From Ruditapes philippinarum (taxonomy: Eukaryota): 64,000 nt of DNA. The notes under the pieces are model-generated. The model was given only the letters and a program-made list of their open reading frames with translations. It did not search any database and was not told the DNA's origin. This document shows positions 1-13,200 of the stretch, piece by piece. Every line of letters starts with the position of its first letter. Within the stretch, counting starts at the first letter, position 1. Position numbers and translations under genes: made by a program. The stretch is from contig NW_026862604.1 of the NCBI RefSeq assembly GCF_026571515.1, positions 1 to 64,000 on the forward strand, in the 5' to 3' direction.

Positions 1-227
1 ATTAAAAACACCCCCGGCCATGGTCCCCTCCCCCAATTTAAGCTCCCCAACGCTTAATCGTTCGGTTGCCGTACAAAACGCCTTGAAGGTGAAGCTTGGT
101 TATGCAGGAGGGTGTTTTCTTTGAATGTTGAATTGCCTTGTTGACTTTGTTCTCATATTTCAAGAAGTAGATATACAGCCAAACCTTTTAAACCTTTCGA
201 ATTGCATTAATTTAAATTTATAAATAC

Positions 228-1252
228 CAGTAATCATTTCTGTAGAACGCCCGGATGACAACATCTTAGACAAGGGAGAGAAAAATGCTGACGTGTAATA
301 ACGGAAAGACTCGTTCCTCCCTGAAAGATAAAATAAACATCAAGCAGATATAAGGCACACGTCTATGTCTTAAACAAAGCATTTTTGTTAAGGCTTCTGA
401 TTGAATAATCTTTTGTATTGGGACAATGAAGAAAAAAGAAAGAAAAAGCATTTTGGACACAAAGAAAACGGATTTAACTCCCTTAAGTGTTGGAGCTGTA
501 CCTCTAGACGCTTGCAGAAATCAACATCATAAAATAGAAAATATCGCTTTTACGCCGATTCTTACATTGTTCATTCATTATTATATATAGTACAGTGTGA
601 ACAGTCTTAAAATGCATTTCGGTTGGTGAAAAGGCGAGGTTTTAGCACTTAACCATTCAAGCGTCTTGTCCGGTATAAACCGGAATACAGCATTTAGTTT
701 GGTGTTCCAACACTTCAAAGAAAACACACCCGTAAGAAGAAGACTAGTTTAAGTTGCAGTTTCAGATTATCATAAATTTTATCAAACTAGTTCAAGTTAA
801 TATTATAAAGCAAGCCTTCCTAGAAAGCGTAATAATATGTGTACTGAATAAACAAATATGTTTATTTATGTTGAAAATAAGACATGATAACGAAAATCAG
901 ATTAGCTGAAATTTATCTAGATCGAGCAACAAATTTAAGCATCTATAATTTTTTTTATCTTCCAAAGCATGTTACTTTGGGGATGTTGAGCTGTAAAGTT
1001 TTTTCGCAACCTCTAAAGTGTACTGTAATGAACTAATTAAATAATGCATGTCTCACAGAATCGCCCTGCTGAAAGCCAATTTGGTTCTTTCGTTGCCGGT
1101 GCCACAAAATCTGGGTGAAGTGTTATACGTTTGAACAAATCTGTTGTGCCGCATTTAGCCACGCCAACCAGATAAACATACGGTAAACAGTGTAACTGAC
1201 GTCTATGGTAAAAACATGGATTTTTTAATTTGTTGATCAACGAAACTTTTTC
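228..1252 (-). CDS. CHST15: Carbohydrate sulfotransferase 15-like (GalNAc4S-6ST family), two internal exons: 1057-1252 and 228-320; gene continues beyond the left edge
   Basis: Exon 1057-1252 (tacttcag|...|gtgaga) reads EKVSLINKLKNPCFYHRRQLHCLPYVYLVGVAKCGTTDLFKRITLHPDF..KEPNWLSAGRF, with the KNPC..CLP and 5'-PSB GxxKCGTTDL motifs. It joins in phase 1 to exon 228-320 (ctttcag|...|gtattt), WRNESFRYYTSAFFSPLSKMLSSGRSTEMITG, ending at the family's ITG motif. The symbol is family-level; orthology is not shown. Confidence 0.8.
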
Positions 1253-1593
1253 CTGAAGTAAAAAGAGAAGATATTCTACCGCACTGTAAGGAAATTCTTT
1301 TTGTATCTGAATGTACATATTTCATGTAAATTCGCGTTCTTTCTGTTCAAACATACCAGTAGAAAAGACTACTAATCACTTTCAGTGCTTTAAAAGCACA
1401 AAAATGACATACGTGGTTTACAACTTACACATGTACGACGAAAAACACTTTATCCTAAAGTAAAATATATTGTTCTTCAAGTTGGAGCGACAGTCTTAGA
1501 AATACACAAAGTGCATGACAGTTTTCCATAAAATGTATGCTATATTCTTTTTTATTTTCTATTTCAGAAAAAGAAGAGGGAAAAAATTCAAAC

Positions 1594-1864
1594 CAGATGC
1601 TCATTAAATCCATGTCATTTCAACGAATTTGAAAGTTAAAAAACTGTTCATATTCAACACTCTTCTGTTTCCACTGTAATTGGTATTCGCTTTTTAGAAG
1701 ACCGCCAACAGCTGAGGAACCCTCATAACCGTTTCTGTAATTTCTCTGTTTGTTAAAACTCTACACTAAATGTGGACAAAATGTTCTTTCCAAAAAAATA
1801 ACAATAGCAATACTGGTGAGGATCGTTGCCACCGATAAACATACGCATTCATTGAGGTGTAAAT
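1594..1864 (-). CDS. Candidate upstream exon of the sulfotransferase (transmembrane anchor and stem), interrupted by stops
   Basis: Acceptor tgtatcttcag| at 1865 is followed by LHLNECVCLSVATILTSIAIVIFLERTF (hydrophobic stretch), then a TAG and about 50 further open codons. Phase with the next exon is not clean. Confidence 0.3.
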
Positions 1865-4282
1865 CTGAAGATACAAATGAACAAAAAACAAGGAAAAAAA
1901 GGTTATTTTAGTAATTTTATACAAAACAAAGTATCTTAAATGGACTAACGTTTCCATCATTCAGTTTAATCATTTTGGGGAAATATCAAAATAAGCACTT
2001 CCTGAATAGCGACCAGTGCTGACCATGGCCAGGCGACACCGAAATCGTCGCCCTGGTCTTATCTGCACTGGTCGCAATTTTGAAAGCAACAAGGCTTATG
2101 GGGTTTTTTAAGCCCCCCCTAAAATTTGATATAAATTTGATTATTACCTTGATATTTTTCTTAAAACAAAATGTGTTGCTATTATAAAAACTGCTACTTG
2201 CATGGGCGTACGTTTAGAAACATAAGGAAAGAAAAGTGATGTTTAACTGCATGAGACATTTTCTTGATGGTGATGCATAGATGCAATTTATTCTTTTTCA
2301 TCACTAACGTTTAACCACATGTGATGTCATCAGGACAAATTGTCGGCTGGTATGCTTGTATACAGCCTTCATCATAACTTTTGTAACACTTGTGCTCATA
2401 TGCGATGAAAGCAACTTTAATTGGTTCACAGGGATTAAAGCGGTGACATGATACGGTCACCAAAACTACTTTTATCTACAGGATCGTATACTGTAAATGG
2501 TACTTGTTTTTATTACTTGTTCATTATAAAACATCGTGACCATAGCCAAACATTTCTCTTTTTTAAATTGTATATATTTTTGCATTTCCTTTCTAAGCCA
2601 TTAATTTTGACAACAACATTTATGATTCTAAACATGTACCGACTGTGCACACTTTGATCAGGCGACCTGCTGATCATCGTCTGCGCTGGTCACGTGGGTA
2701 GAATTTTGGCCGCCAGCAGGCAAAGGATTTAAATATAATAAAACACATAAGACAGCACTTATATAAATATAAGACTTTGGTGTTTTCTTTGATAAATTAA
2801 TAAATTAAAAAATTACAACGAATGAACGCTTTGAATTCCAGTGAAATATTTCATATATAGCGATTACTTCCCCTGATTACTACAGAAAAGATGCAATGTG
2901 CAAGGTTAATCGGTGTCGTGTGTGAGAAGAGCTTGTCAAGTTATCATTTTATTAACTGTCTAGTTAGAAGAAAGGCATCTTTCGTATACTCAGCACCGTC
3001 TTTCATGTATTTAAAAGACCCTGATCTTACCAAAGAGTTGTTTTTAAAAAAGCTGATTACTGAAGAATTAAAATTTAAAAAAATCATTTTTACGTGAAAA
3101 TAAACTTTTTACTATCTAAATTAAGTCACCATAAAATATAGAAAAAGCAGCACTTTGTTTTTAGTAAAATTGAAACGAAGAATAAAATATGTATAAACAC
3201 ACAAACGAACGAACGAACAAATGAACAAGGGAGATCTAAAAAAACAAACAAACAACTAGGAACACTACAAACAAACAACTTCACACAAACAACTACAAAC
3301 AAATATTTGTAAATTTTTCAGAAACAAATACTAGTATATTGAATGTACATACCTCAGCATTTTGAAATAAAATAAAATAGAGTCCTCACAAATTTCAAAA
3401 ATGTACGTTGATGTATAATGGTGAAATAATGATAGGCCTGTTGGTGTCGAACATTTAAAAAGTTCACACAGCTTGACATCCAGGTTTTAATACAAACTCT
3501 TTATTTTGAACATTGTAAATACTAAACAAGCTGTATTAAAAATAGATTTGTCCGTTTTTTTACATTTTGGAACCGTCCACTGTAATCTTTATGGATTTCA
3601 CAAGGGTCTTCCAAATTCTATTTATTAAAATGCCTGATTTCTCTGAGACTGACTACACTTTTAAAATGGTAACACGGGGATCTGTAATAGTAGGCGGCTA
3701 GAAGGTCAAACGGTTTATAAGTTTCAAATTCTATGTTAAAGAGGACCGGGGCGACATTTAAACTTGTAACACATGGGTCAATAATAGTATGTCATGGTCA
3801 AACGGATTATTAGACAAAAAGAATGTTAATCATATAAAAGCTGATTTAAATTAAGTCTATCAGGCTATTCATCTAAATTAAAGTGAAGAATTTATAAAGT
3901 CGGTCACCATATTGTTCTATGAACAAACATGTCTAAATTTTCAAATTTTCAAATGTACTGCAGAAAAAGGGGTATCTTTTATATTCTTATTCATCTATAC
4001 TTAATTGTTTTCTTAGATTAGTGCTGCAAAATAGTTCGCCCATTTGTGCGTTGCAATTTCCTAAGTGTTAGAAGTGCAGTTTAGATATCAATTAGAAAAA
4101 GCAAAGACAATATTGTAAAAATGAAATGAACAACAATAAATGAATAAAATAAAGTATACAATGAGCAAATGAGCCTTATATTTGTACAGTGAAAATAAAA
4201 TGAAAGAAATATATCCAAAGACATTATTATATTTAACTACGCACTGTAATGCTATAATGACGCGTACGTTCTCTTTTTTGGT

Positions 4283-4505
4283 GTAACAACAACAACAACA
4301 ACAACAACAACAAAATCAGCAACAAAAACCAAGCAAATTAAATAAATAAAAAAAAAAATAAAAAAAGAAAACAACAACAAAATAACAAAAACAAAACACC
4401 CCTCCTCCCTAAAAACACAACCCCCACCCTCAAAACAAAACAAAAACATAAAAAGCATGTAAACAACCAAAACAGCAACAGTAAATAACAACAACAACAA
4501 CAATA
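4283..4505. repeat. (CAA)n / A-rich low-complexity tract
   Basis: aacaacaacaac runs and poly-A; explains the hydrophobic minus-strand ORFs 4252-4509 and 4338-4622. Confidence 0.85.
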
Positions 4506-5415
4506 CCAATAATTTTCAAATGGATTCATTCTTAATCTAAGGTAATGAAATGATTGTCTGATATCAAATTGTCTGATATCTAATGGTAAATTTAAGATTT
4601 TATATTTAAAATTGATAAGCACTTTCTATTGATATCATCATTTTCACCTAAATAGCTTTCCCGAATGACTAAAAGACACCTTGATTAATAAGCCGGCTCT
4701 CTCCATATTGAGCTAGCATAATATATGTAAAAGCAACTATATAAATTAAAAAAAAACACTCTGAGGTCCAAAGGCTTAAAACATAAAAAATAATTTTGAA
4801 CATAAATAAGCTGGGAACATAAAACAGAAAAATATGCAAAAGATTATTAAGAAATATATTCAGAAATAAATTGAAAATCATACTTTGCGTTATTCCAGTT
4901 ATTTTTTCACAATTAAAATAATAACTCCGGCAAAACGGAAAGAGCGAATGATCTGAAATTTTGCACACACGTTATTGGTCCAACATTGCATCAAATGGAT
5001 CCTTAATCTCAAACAATTATTTCCAGTCTCGTCATGTCAAAACCCCTCAATCGTGTCCCTTTAATAATCTTAGATAATCTGAGTTAATATCACAGCATAT
5101 AACTTACTTGAAACTCCCAATATTACATAATATATGTGAGCTTTCGAAGTCAATCTCACTCCAAAAATAACAATTTCCTCCTACTCGTTTATGTTTAAAG
5201 TTATTTTACGAACTTTTTCTTCAACTTGGTCATTCTGTGAACAACTTCACGTACTGATTGTGGAAAGTATTTCTCACTTTCTATTACTCAACTGCGGCTA
5301 AATTTTGTTACATTTTTTGTAAAACATACACTATAATAGTTTTTGTAGAAAAAAAGTTTAAATTAAATCGAAACCTGGGAATACATTACATGCTTTACAA
5401 CCCATTAAATCATTT

Positions 5416-5632
5416 TGAGCCGCGTCATGAAAAAACCCAACCAAAAGGGGTTTGCGACCAGCAGGGATCCGGGACCAACCCCTGGGGAAATCCGCAAACA
5501 TTTTAAATTTTACTGTTAAAAGTGTTGAAAGGCGAACAGCATGACCGGGATCATACTGCGCGGATGCGCAGGCTAGCCTGGATCCATGCTGGTCGCAAAC
5601 CCATTATGTTGGTTTTGTCGTGACGCGGTTCA
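5416..5632. mobile_element. ~215-bp palindromic MITE, family A, copy 1 (left arm degraded)
   Basis: tgagccgcgtcatgaaaaaacc...ggttttgtcgtgacgcggttca; same family at 6325 and 9983. Confidence 0.8.
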
Positions 5633-6059
5633 TTTTCATTAGATTAATGTTAAGGCTTCCTCTCGAATAAAAAAATGCATTTTTTATACAGTGGTCAACA
5701 ATTTAATCCACGAAGGGTATTAAGCTATTATCTAAAGAAAGATTTGTATTAAATTGAAAGCACGGTAATATTATATATTCTTTTCATAATTTCATGGGAA
5801 CGATTCTGCGATTTAATACATATGAATACCGTAGGAAAAGATAATTTAAATGTCCGGTATAAATTATTATGCAGACATAAAAAAAGAAAAAAAAAAGAAA
5901 AACAACAACAACAAAAACAAAACAACAAAAAAACGTTTAACAATGATTTTGTGCATACGCAATTCGCGATATATATTGTGTTGATCCTAGCTGAGTTGAC
6001 CAGTCGTGTGATCTTATATTGGCTCCGTTGACCGGTCGGGATTGTTATGGCTGGCTGAG

Positions 6060-6290
6060 TTAGTTGTTAGTTTATACAAATTTATTTTAGATCGATTGTG
6101 TTGGAATCAATAAGCTAATTGAAACACTCTCGAATCCATTCTTAGAACCAATCAAGATGAATATATAAAATATCTTGCTCAAAGAAACAACGGCTTGCCC
6201 CTGGCAGGGTTTGGGTTTGGACCCACGCGCGTCAGCAAAATCCTTAATTACTTGTCCGACGCGTAAACCACTCGGGCCCGCCGCCACTGC
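6060..6290 (-). mobile_element. tRNA-derived SINE, CORE-like
   Basis: Minus strand: A-box-like ggcccgagtggtt, B-box-like gggtccaaaccc, then gttgtttctttgagcaagata (CORE-like), then an AT-rich tail. Confidence 0.55.
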
Positions 6291-6324
6291 AGAGTTGGTG
6301 TGATGGCCAGGCTTGAATAAGTTG

Positions 6325-6541
6325 ATATGAGCCGCGTCACGACAAAACCAACATAATGGGTTTGCGAACAGCATGGATCCAGACCAGCCTGCGCACCTGC
6401 GCAGTCTGATCAGGATCCATGCTGTTCGCTATCAGTTTCTCTACTTTCCTATAGGGTTTGTAACCGAAAATGCGCAGGTTGGTCTAGATCTATGCTGGTC
6501 GCAAACCCATTTTGTTGGTTCTGTCGTGACGCGGCTCATAT
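6325..6541. mobile_element. ~215-bp palindromic MITE, family A, copy 2
   Basis: Long TIRs atatgagccgcgtcacgacaaaaccaacataatgggtttgcg / cgcaaacccattttgttggttctgtcgtgacgcggctcatat. Confidence 0.85.
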
Positions 6542-7258
6542 ATCCTTAAGGTTAAGTGCAAAGCTAAAAAACCAACTAGTTTTAGTATGGCTTAAAAGCG
6601 AGACATAAAAAGTGCAAAATGAGGTTGAAAGTAAAAACGTCATTTACTCAAGAGGTCCTATTGTGTCATTTGTGTAAATCATTTCAATACCTTTACATTA
6701 AACATTGCATTAAAGTTCAACAGGATTTCACATAGAAAAGTGTACTGCCATTTTATTGCGCTATAAACACTTTCTTTGTAAAGAGTTTTGTACTATTGTT
6801 CAAAACTTTACTCTGTAAACTTTAGTGTTACCAACAATTCGACTAATAACCGCATCTTTTACAGCTCTTGTTTTCAACATCTCTGGAACGCCAAATGTAA
6901 AATTCATTAATTAAAACATAAACCTTAACAAAGTAATCATCAACAACCATTAGCATCAACTTAAATTACAATAAAAAAGATAAAAACGAAACGAACGAAC
7001 GATCGAGCGAGCGAACGAACGAACGAACTTAAAAGCAGGACAGTCACAATATTTGCACTTTTATCAATTTTCAAGGTCAACGGCTGCGCATTAAAAAGAA
7101 CTGACCGAGAATTTGGGATTAAATTGGAACATACATGACTTCAAATGGTAACATTCTTATTTCATCTGATAAGATAAACAGTATATATGTTTGTTTGAGG
7201 TCACAAAGTTGTCTCCTAAATTTTGAATATCCTAATCATTTTCAGCTTAAATTTCATC

Positions 7259-10200
7259 ATGGTAACATCTTGGTTAGTATTTCTGAGTGTAATTCACGTC
7301 TCGTCTGCTCACAGCATACATGCACGTGAGACGCGCTGTTACACAGACCTCGGATGCTTTTCTTCCTACGCCGATATTCCTGCGCCGCAATCACCGACGC
7401 AGATTGCAACGACGTTTCAGATTTACACGTTCTGGGGCTCGAGCGGTTCGTTTAATTTAGAATCTCTGCATTACAAAACTCAGATAAACAGCTGGGCATT
7501 GCATTTTTGACTCAAGTAAACCTACAAAGGTCCTCATCCATGGCTACCTCGACTCCGGGTCGACATCTTGGATGCCCCAGATGTCCAGCGAACTTCTGAA
7601 AAAGGTCTGCATATGTTTACTTATTGATTTCATACACTAAAACTGTTTTGTTATTGTTATTACAATTTGAAAAATACTGGCTACACTAAGTATATAACTG
7701 TTGTTTAAGCTAGACTTACCTGTAAGGTGAAGGTTAATCATGCTTACATCCACATAAAACTCATTAAGGGCTACATAAAGAAAGGGACGCCAAGCTATCA
7801 GCAGCGCCAGTGGTTTCAATAACTAGGAAAGTAATGTTAATAATATCGGAAAAAAGAATTTCACGATCAGTTTAAACGGGGAAAGGTAGATGGGTTGGCG
7901 GTTGTGAGCCTTAGTGAGTTTTATGTTTGGATGAAATCATATTAACCCTTCACTTTACATCAGGTAAGTTAGCTTAATATATTATTTTATCATGCATATA
8001 AAACTCATAATTCCCGAAATTGCTATTATTGTTAGTGCCACAGCTCTTTTGTTAAACACACTTTCCTCGGTTTAAATAGTGCACAGCTCCAACTCCCAAA
8101 AATACAAACCTTTTTCGAGCGAAATCAAAAGACAGATTTTACTCATTTGAAATCGCCAAAAAACCTAAACTTGCTCTTAATAATTTCATTTGTTTTCAAA
8201 AAGAAACGGAGAATGGCAGAACTTGGGGAAAACATGCGTCGTCGATATGAATTGAACTTAAATAACCCCGCCCTCTTAGAAAAAATACTGGCTTCAACAG
8301 TTTAGTAAATAGGTTTTTTTAAAAAAATCCCATCACAAGCGAGTGAAAAAGGAAACGACAATGGCTCCTGTCGGGTTCGTTTATAGGTATGGAGTAAAAT
8401 GCATCAGAAATGTAAACTTTGCCAGAGTAACAATTTTATCTCATTTTCTGTTGTTACTGATCCCAATGTTTCCATTTTAAAATGTATTTTCTTGACGAAA
8501 TTGCTATTGAATGATTTTAATTTCAAAATGATTCTAATTCGTTCGTCTGATTGCAGTCTTGTAAATATGTTCGAAATGTATTCTCCGTCAAAATTTTCGT
8601 TGGCAACTTGAATTATTCCTTAATTGATTTTTCCTTGATTTTTTTTAATACTGTATTGCTTGTTGCACACGATAAACGCCTACAGTTTCTAGTATTCATT
8701 TATCCTTGGTTATTCTTCAACTCATTCGCCACCATTCTGATCTTCGCCGCCGAGGGATTTATCAGGGTAAAGGAATATTTCATATAATGGTTACTTACTT
8801 CAGATATTATTGTTCATGTGCTCTTGATAGGAAAGTATTCTTTTTGTAAAATTGATGTTTACGTCGTCGCTGTTGATTAAAATTAAAGTTGGCCTGTGAG
8901 TTGAGCGCATGTTTTTTCGTTTGTTACCAGGGACAACGCGTCCTGGCGTTCCCCCTAAAATAGTCCGCCTGGAAATAATCTATTGTTCCTTAACCTTTCA
9001 AGTTCTTCATCTACTTCATCGCCAAATAGATGAGTGGCAAAAGGATTTGCAGTACTAATTGGTCAATAAAGCGGGACAAGCTCCTTCTTAATCCCGTCAC
9101 GTCGCACCTTAGAAGTGGTGACCAAGGCGTTGATATTGACAAACAGTTTGAAAGTAAACTCAAATCAACTCTTTCATTTTTGGTGGCCCATCTGTTTTTA
9201 GTTCACCCATATCCTTCAATACTGGTACCGAAAGCATACGAAAAATGTTTCTGCGTCATAGTTGTAGAAAATCGGCATTGTTAGGCCTCTTATACCGTCA
9301 AAAAAAAATTTCCTTCAATTTTTCTTCTTTCTGTTTTACATGTAAAAACCTTGTTGAATACGGAATCATCGGCCTCGAACAAAATTCGTTTCCCAACTTT
9401 AATTGTTTCCACGTGGTAACTGCAGGTTTTTCAAAAGAATTAACCTCAGACCCATTTCAGTTCAGAAAAAATCCGTTTAAAACCTTTAATCGCATTTAGG
9501 ATACCTTCTAACTGACCGGAAGATCAAATGCAGGGTGTCCCGATTTTGTTCAAAGAATATTGGGAAATACTTGACGGTGTGGTTTTCCAATTTCCTGGTC
9601 GTTTTCGGCCAATGACCCTAAAAAAATGTTTTTTGAAACAGTTGTTGAACTCGACTAGCCATTTCCAGCAGTCCCCGTTTTAATCAAAATCCGCGGTGGA
9701 AAATAGATTTATAAAACGAAAACGATTACGCCCCTCAAAATAGACACATTATTTCGTCTGTGGCAATGCAAACGAAGACCGAAGTGCACGGACAATGATA
9801 TATATATTTGGAAAGAATATACACACACAAAACTTTTCCTTTGTGTTTGGCAAGCATTATTGTGAACTAGTGTAAATTTTGCCTGTGGTGTTCAGACATT
9901 TATTTTTAAACACAGGTTTCCTCTTTTCAGAAAAATTCAATTTCATTTCGGAGACTTAACGTGTCTAACAAACACAAATATTTGAGCCGGTGTCATGACA
10001 AAAACCAACATAATGGGTTTTTGCCAAAAATCAAAAGGAATCCATGCTGTTCGCTTACCAACTCTAAATTACAAGTAGAGAACCCTGAATAGCGAAACAG
10101 CATGGATTCCCTGAATCAAGAACGGCGCGGAATGCGCTGGCTGGTCTGGATCCATGCTGGTCGCAAACCCACTATGTTGGTTTTGTCATGACGCGTCTCA

Positions 10201-13200
10201 TTTGTTTCATACATGTATACTTCTTACACATATGTTTACTTCTTAATGCTGAACTTTTGTTTTAATATTTAGATTTGGTTGTGTCTTATCTATCTATGAC
10301 TCTAAATTGTCTAGGGGTTTACATCTATAAACAAAGGGGTTATTCGACAACGAGTCACGTTTTGATAAAACAGTCATAAAGAAGTACAAGTACATGAAAA
10401 AAAAATCCTTTAAGGGTTTTTATACATCGTTTGTTTATGGTTTTCATCGTTTGAATATGAATATATGTTACTTTGTTTATATCCTTTTTCAATTAGATAA
10501 AATAAAATAAAATCATTAAGCAAATAATATACTAAGTGAAATTATTGCCGAGTGGTCAACACGTCGGGCTAGTATTCTAATGATCACTATGTGGGTTCAA
10601 ACCCCGTCAGGATATTAGTAAATCACAATAGTGTAAAATTTATAGAGACAATATGGTCTTCTCTGTTCACAGGTGGTATTAAAACACAGGGTGTCCTTGA
10701 TATCTTAAAAATAAAAATATAACCAAAAAAACTATCGGGAAATCATTAGATATACCGTTTAAATTTGGGTTAAGTTTTTTCGGTAAATAAATAGTAATGT
10801 TTCTTTAAAAATATAAAGGAACGTTTTAAAACAACCCCAAAGATCAAAAAAAAAAATTTAAAAATGTCAACAGACTTGGTAATTTTAAAAAAAGTAAATT
10901 GTCAAAAAAACCTTTGCATGAAAGAAAGGGAAAATGTACCCGCCCCTTTTTTGGGGTATTAAAAGAAACAATGTATTCTTTTTAAGGGTTTTTTTCTGTT
11001 TTTGACAAATCTCAATTGCATTTTTAAATTCAATTCCAGGGTGATTTTAATGTGATAATTGTTGATTGGGGACACGGATCCAAAACCGATTACCAACATG
11101 CCGCAGCTAATACTTTTGTTGTCGGTGCAGAGACTTCTTTGCTGCTTAAATATCTGCACGATAATCACGGCCTTAAGTACTCCGATGTGCACGTTATTGG
11201 ACACAGTCTTGGCGCGCAAACTGCCGGTCACGTGGGTCATGCCGTTCCGACATTAGCTCGTATAACAGGTGATGGCATTTTTATGGTAATGCTGTTGAAT
11301 GTCTATGAAACAAATAAAAACTTAATAAAATACTAAAGTACATGTTAGTCCAAGAAAATTACTGTGTTTCTTTACAAATATCTGTAATTTCTTATGGATG
11401 TATGCATCTTACAATATTTCCGGATATTCTTAGAGACATTAAAGTCTGTATATATATTTTTGAATATAATGTTTTTCTTTGAGGACAGCATTTTTCTAAT
11501 TAACTCGTAACATTAAATGATTTAACATTTTAAAAATGCATGTAATGATTGGAAAATACATTTACAAAATGTTGATTTAAATTAGCTAAAACATATTTCT
11601 CTTAGGTCTTGATCCTGCTGACCCTGGATTCACCGGAAGGCCTCTAGACAAGCGTCTCGATGCCTCTGACGCCAACTTTGTTGACGTCATCCATACAGAC
11701 GCCTCAAAATTTGTTCTAGTATCAGGTAAATAAGCACATCACTATATAATCCTTTGGCCGTTAACTGTTTTAAGGTCCGTTTTGGGTTATTTTTGCAGAT
11801 TCCATAGTGTCTTTTGGTTCCATTTGACGTTATATGTGTTAAATTTTTTTATCATATCATACAAAATTTATCACCAAAGACCACGGTGACCTTTGCTAGG
11901 TATTGCATTATAGGATCAATTGCAAGGCAAGAGGTACTGTTTTTATTGTGTACCTTACAATTTGTGTGGCACTATTTTTTGAGTAATGATATTGGTAATG
12001 TTACTTCTAATAGCGTCGTAAAATAACATCTAGTAACATAAATGTCTCTGTTTGCTTATTTTACAAAGATTTTATATCGTTCCACTGAAAAGATAGACTA
12101 AAAAAAACGATTTTGTGGTTTCAAGTCAAAAAATTCTAGATCTATTTTAGAATAAGTTTTCTATTTATTAGGCTATGGAACACGTGACGCTGTTGGTGAC
12201 CGTAGATTTCTATCCAAATGCAGCCGAATGGCGGCGATCATCAGCCAGGCTGTGAAGAGAAACCAGTAGCTGGGCTAATAGTAGTGTGATTGTGGATCAA
12301 TGAAGGTATACAATAACAATGCAAGTCCTGAAAAAAAATCTTACTTCACTCTTCAGTCAATCAGCCTTATAGCACCCTTTGCATTTTGCCGTTCGGGCAA
12401 AGTGCGCATTACATATTAGTCTTAAAATTATGATTTTCAAAATACAGTCACTGAGAATAAGCAATAAACTCAACAAGCACCTTCGCCTATTCGGCTAAAA
12501 TCCTAATTTCATAATCTTAGAAAGTCATCTTTATGTACCCACAGCGATTTGTTAATCTACTAATATTTCTTCCTACATTTGTTTTCATTACAGGCGCTGC
12601 ACAGCTTCTATAAATGTAGCCATCCTAGATCCAGGGAGTTATTTATAGAATCTATATAATTCAAATGTAATTTACGACATTACTTGCCCCAGCGGCGATC
12701 TCGTTTGAAGCTGGGATTGTCTAGGTTGTCCAGCCGGCGGCTGTCCTGTCATGGGATACGACGCCGACCAACAGAGTAGTATGAGGGGGTCTTTCTATCT
12801 CAGCACTTCAGACAAGCACCGTTTCTGTGGTACGTCAAATGAAACTAAAAAAATTACAAAAACCCTATTACATTGTTAAAGGTTTATTTCTGTATTGTTG
12901 TCATAATATCTAGTTATAACATTTAAATAAGTTGCTCACATACTATTTCCGCAAGAATCTACATACTTTCTATCTTCAAACGTAAATCGACTGTCTTTGG
13001 TCAAACTTCTGCAATTTAGATTACTTTGAAAACTTAAAAAAACTTTTATTTTGTTTTATTTTAAACAAGCGTATGTATTATGATTATTCTAAAAGTCTAC
13101 ATGTATTTTTTATCTAGAGAGAAAATAATAGGAAAAATAATTGCGTAAATATTATGATCAAATATTTTTGAACATGAACTATTGAGGTCACATGAGTAAT

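Noticed and set aside
5108-5300. Possible first exon of the sulfotransferase (minus strand, ends at gtaagtt)
   Set aside because: A donor is present but the frames checked contain stops; cannot be supported without transcripts.
4252-5943. Hydrophobic short ORFs on the minus strand
   Set aside because: Translations of (CAA)n and poly-A low-complexity DNA.
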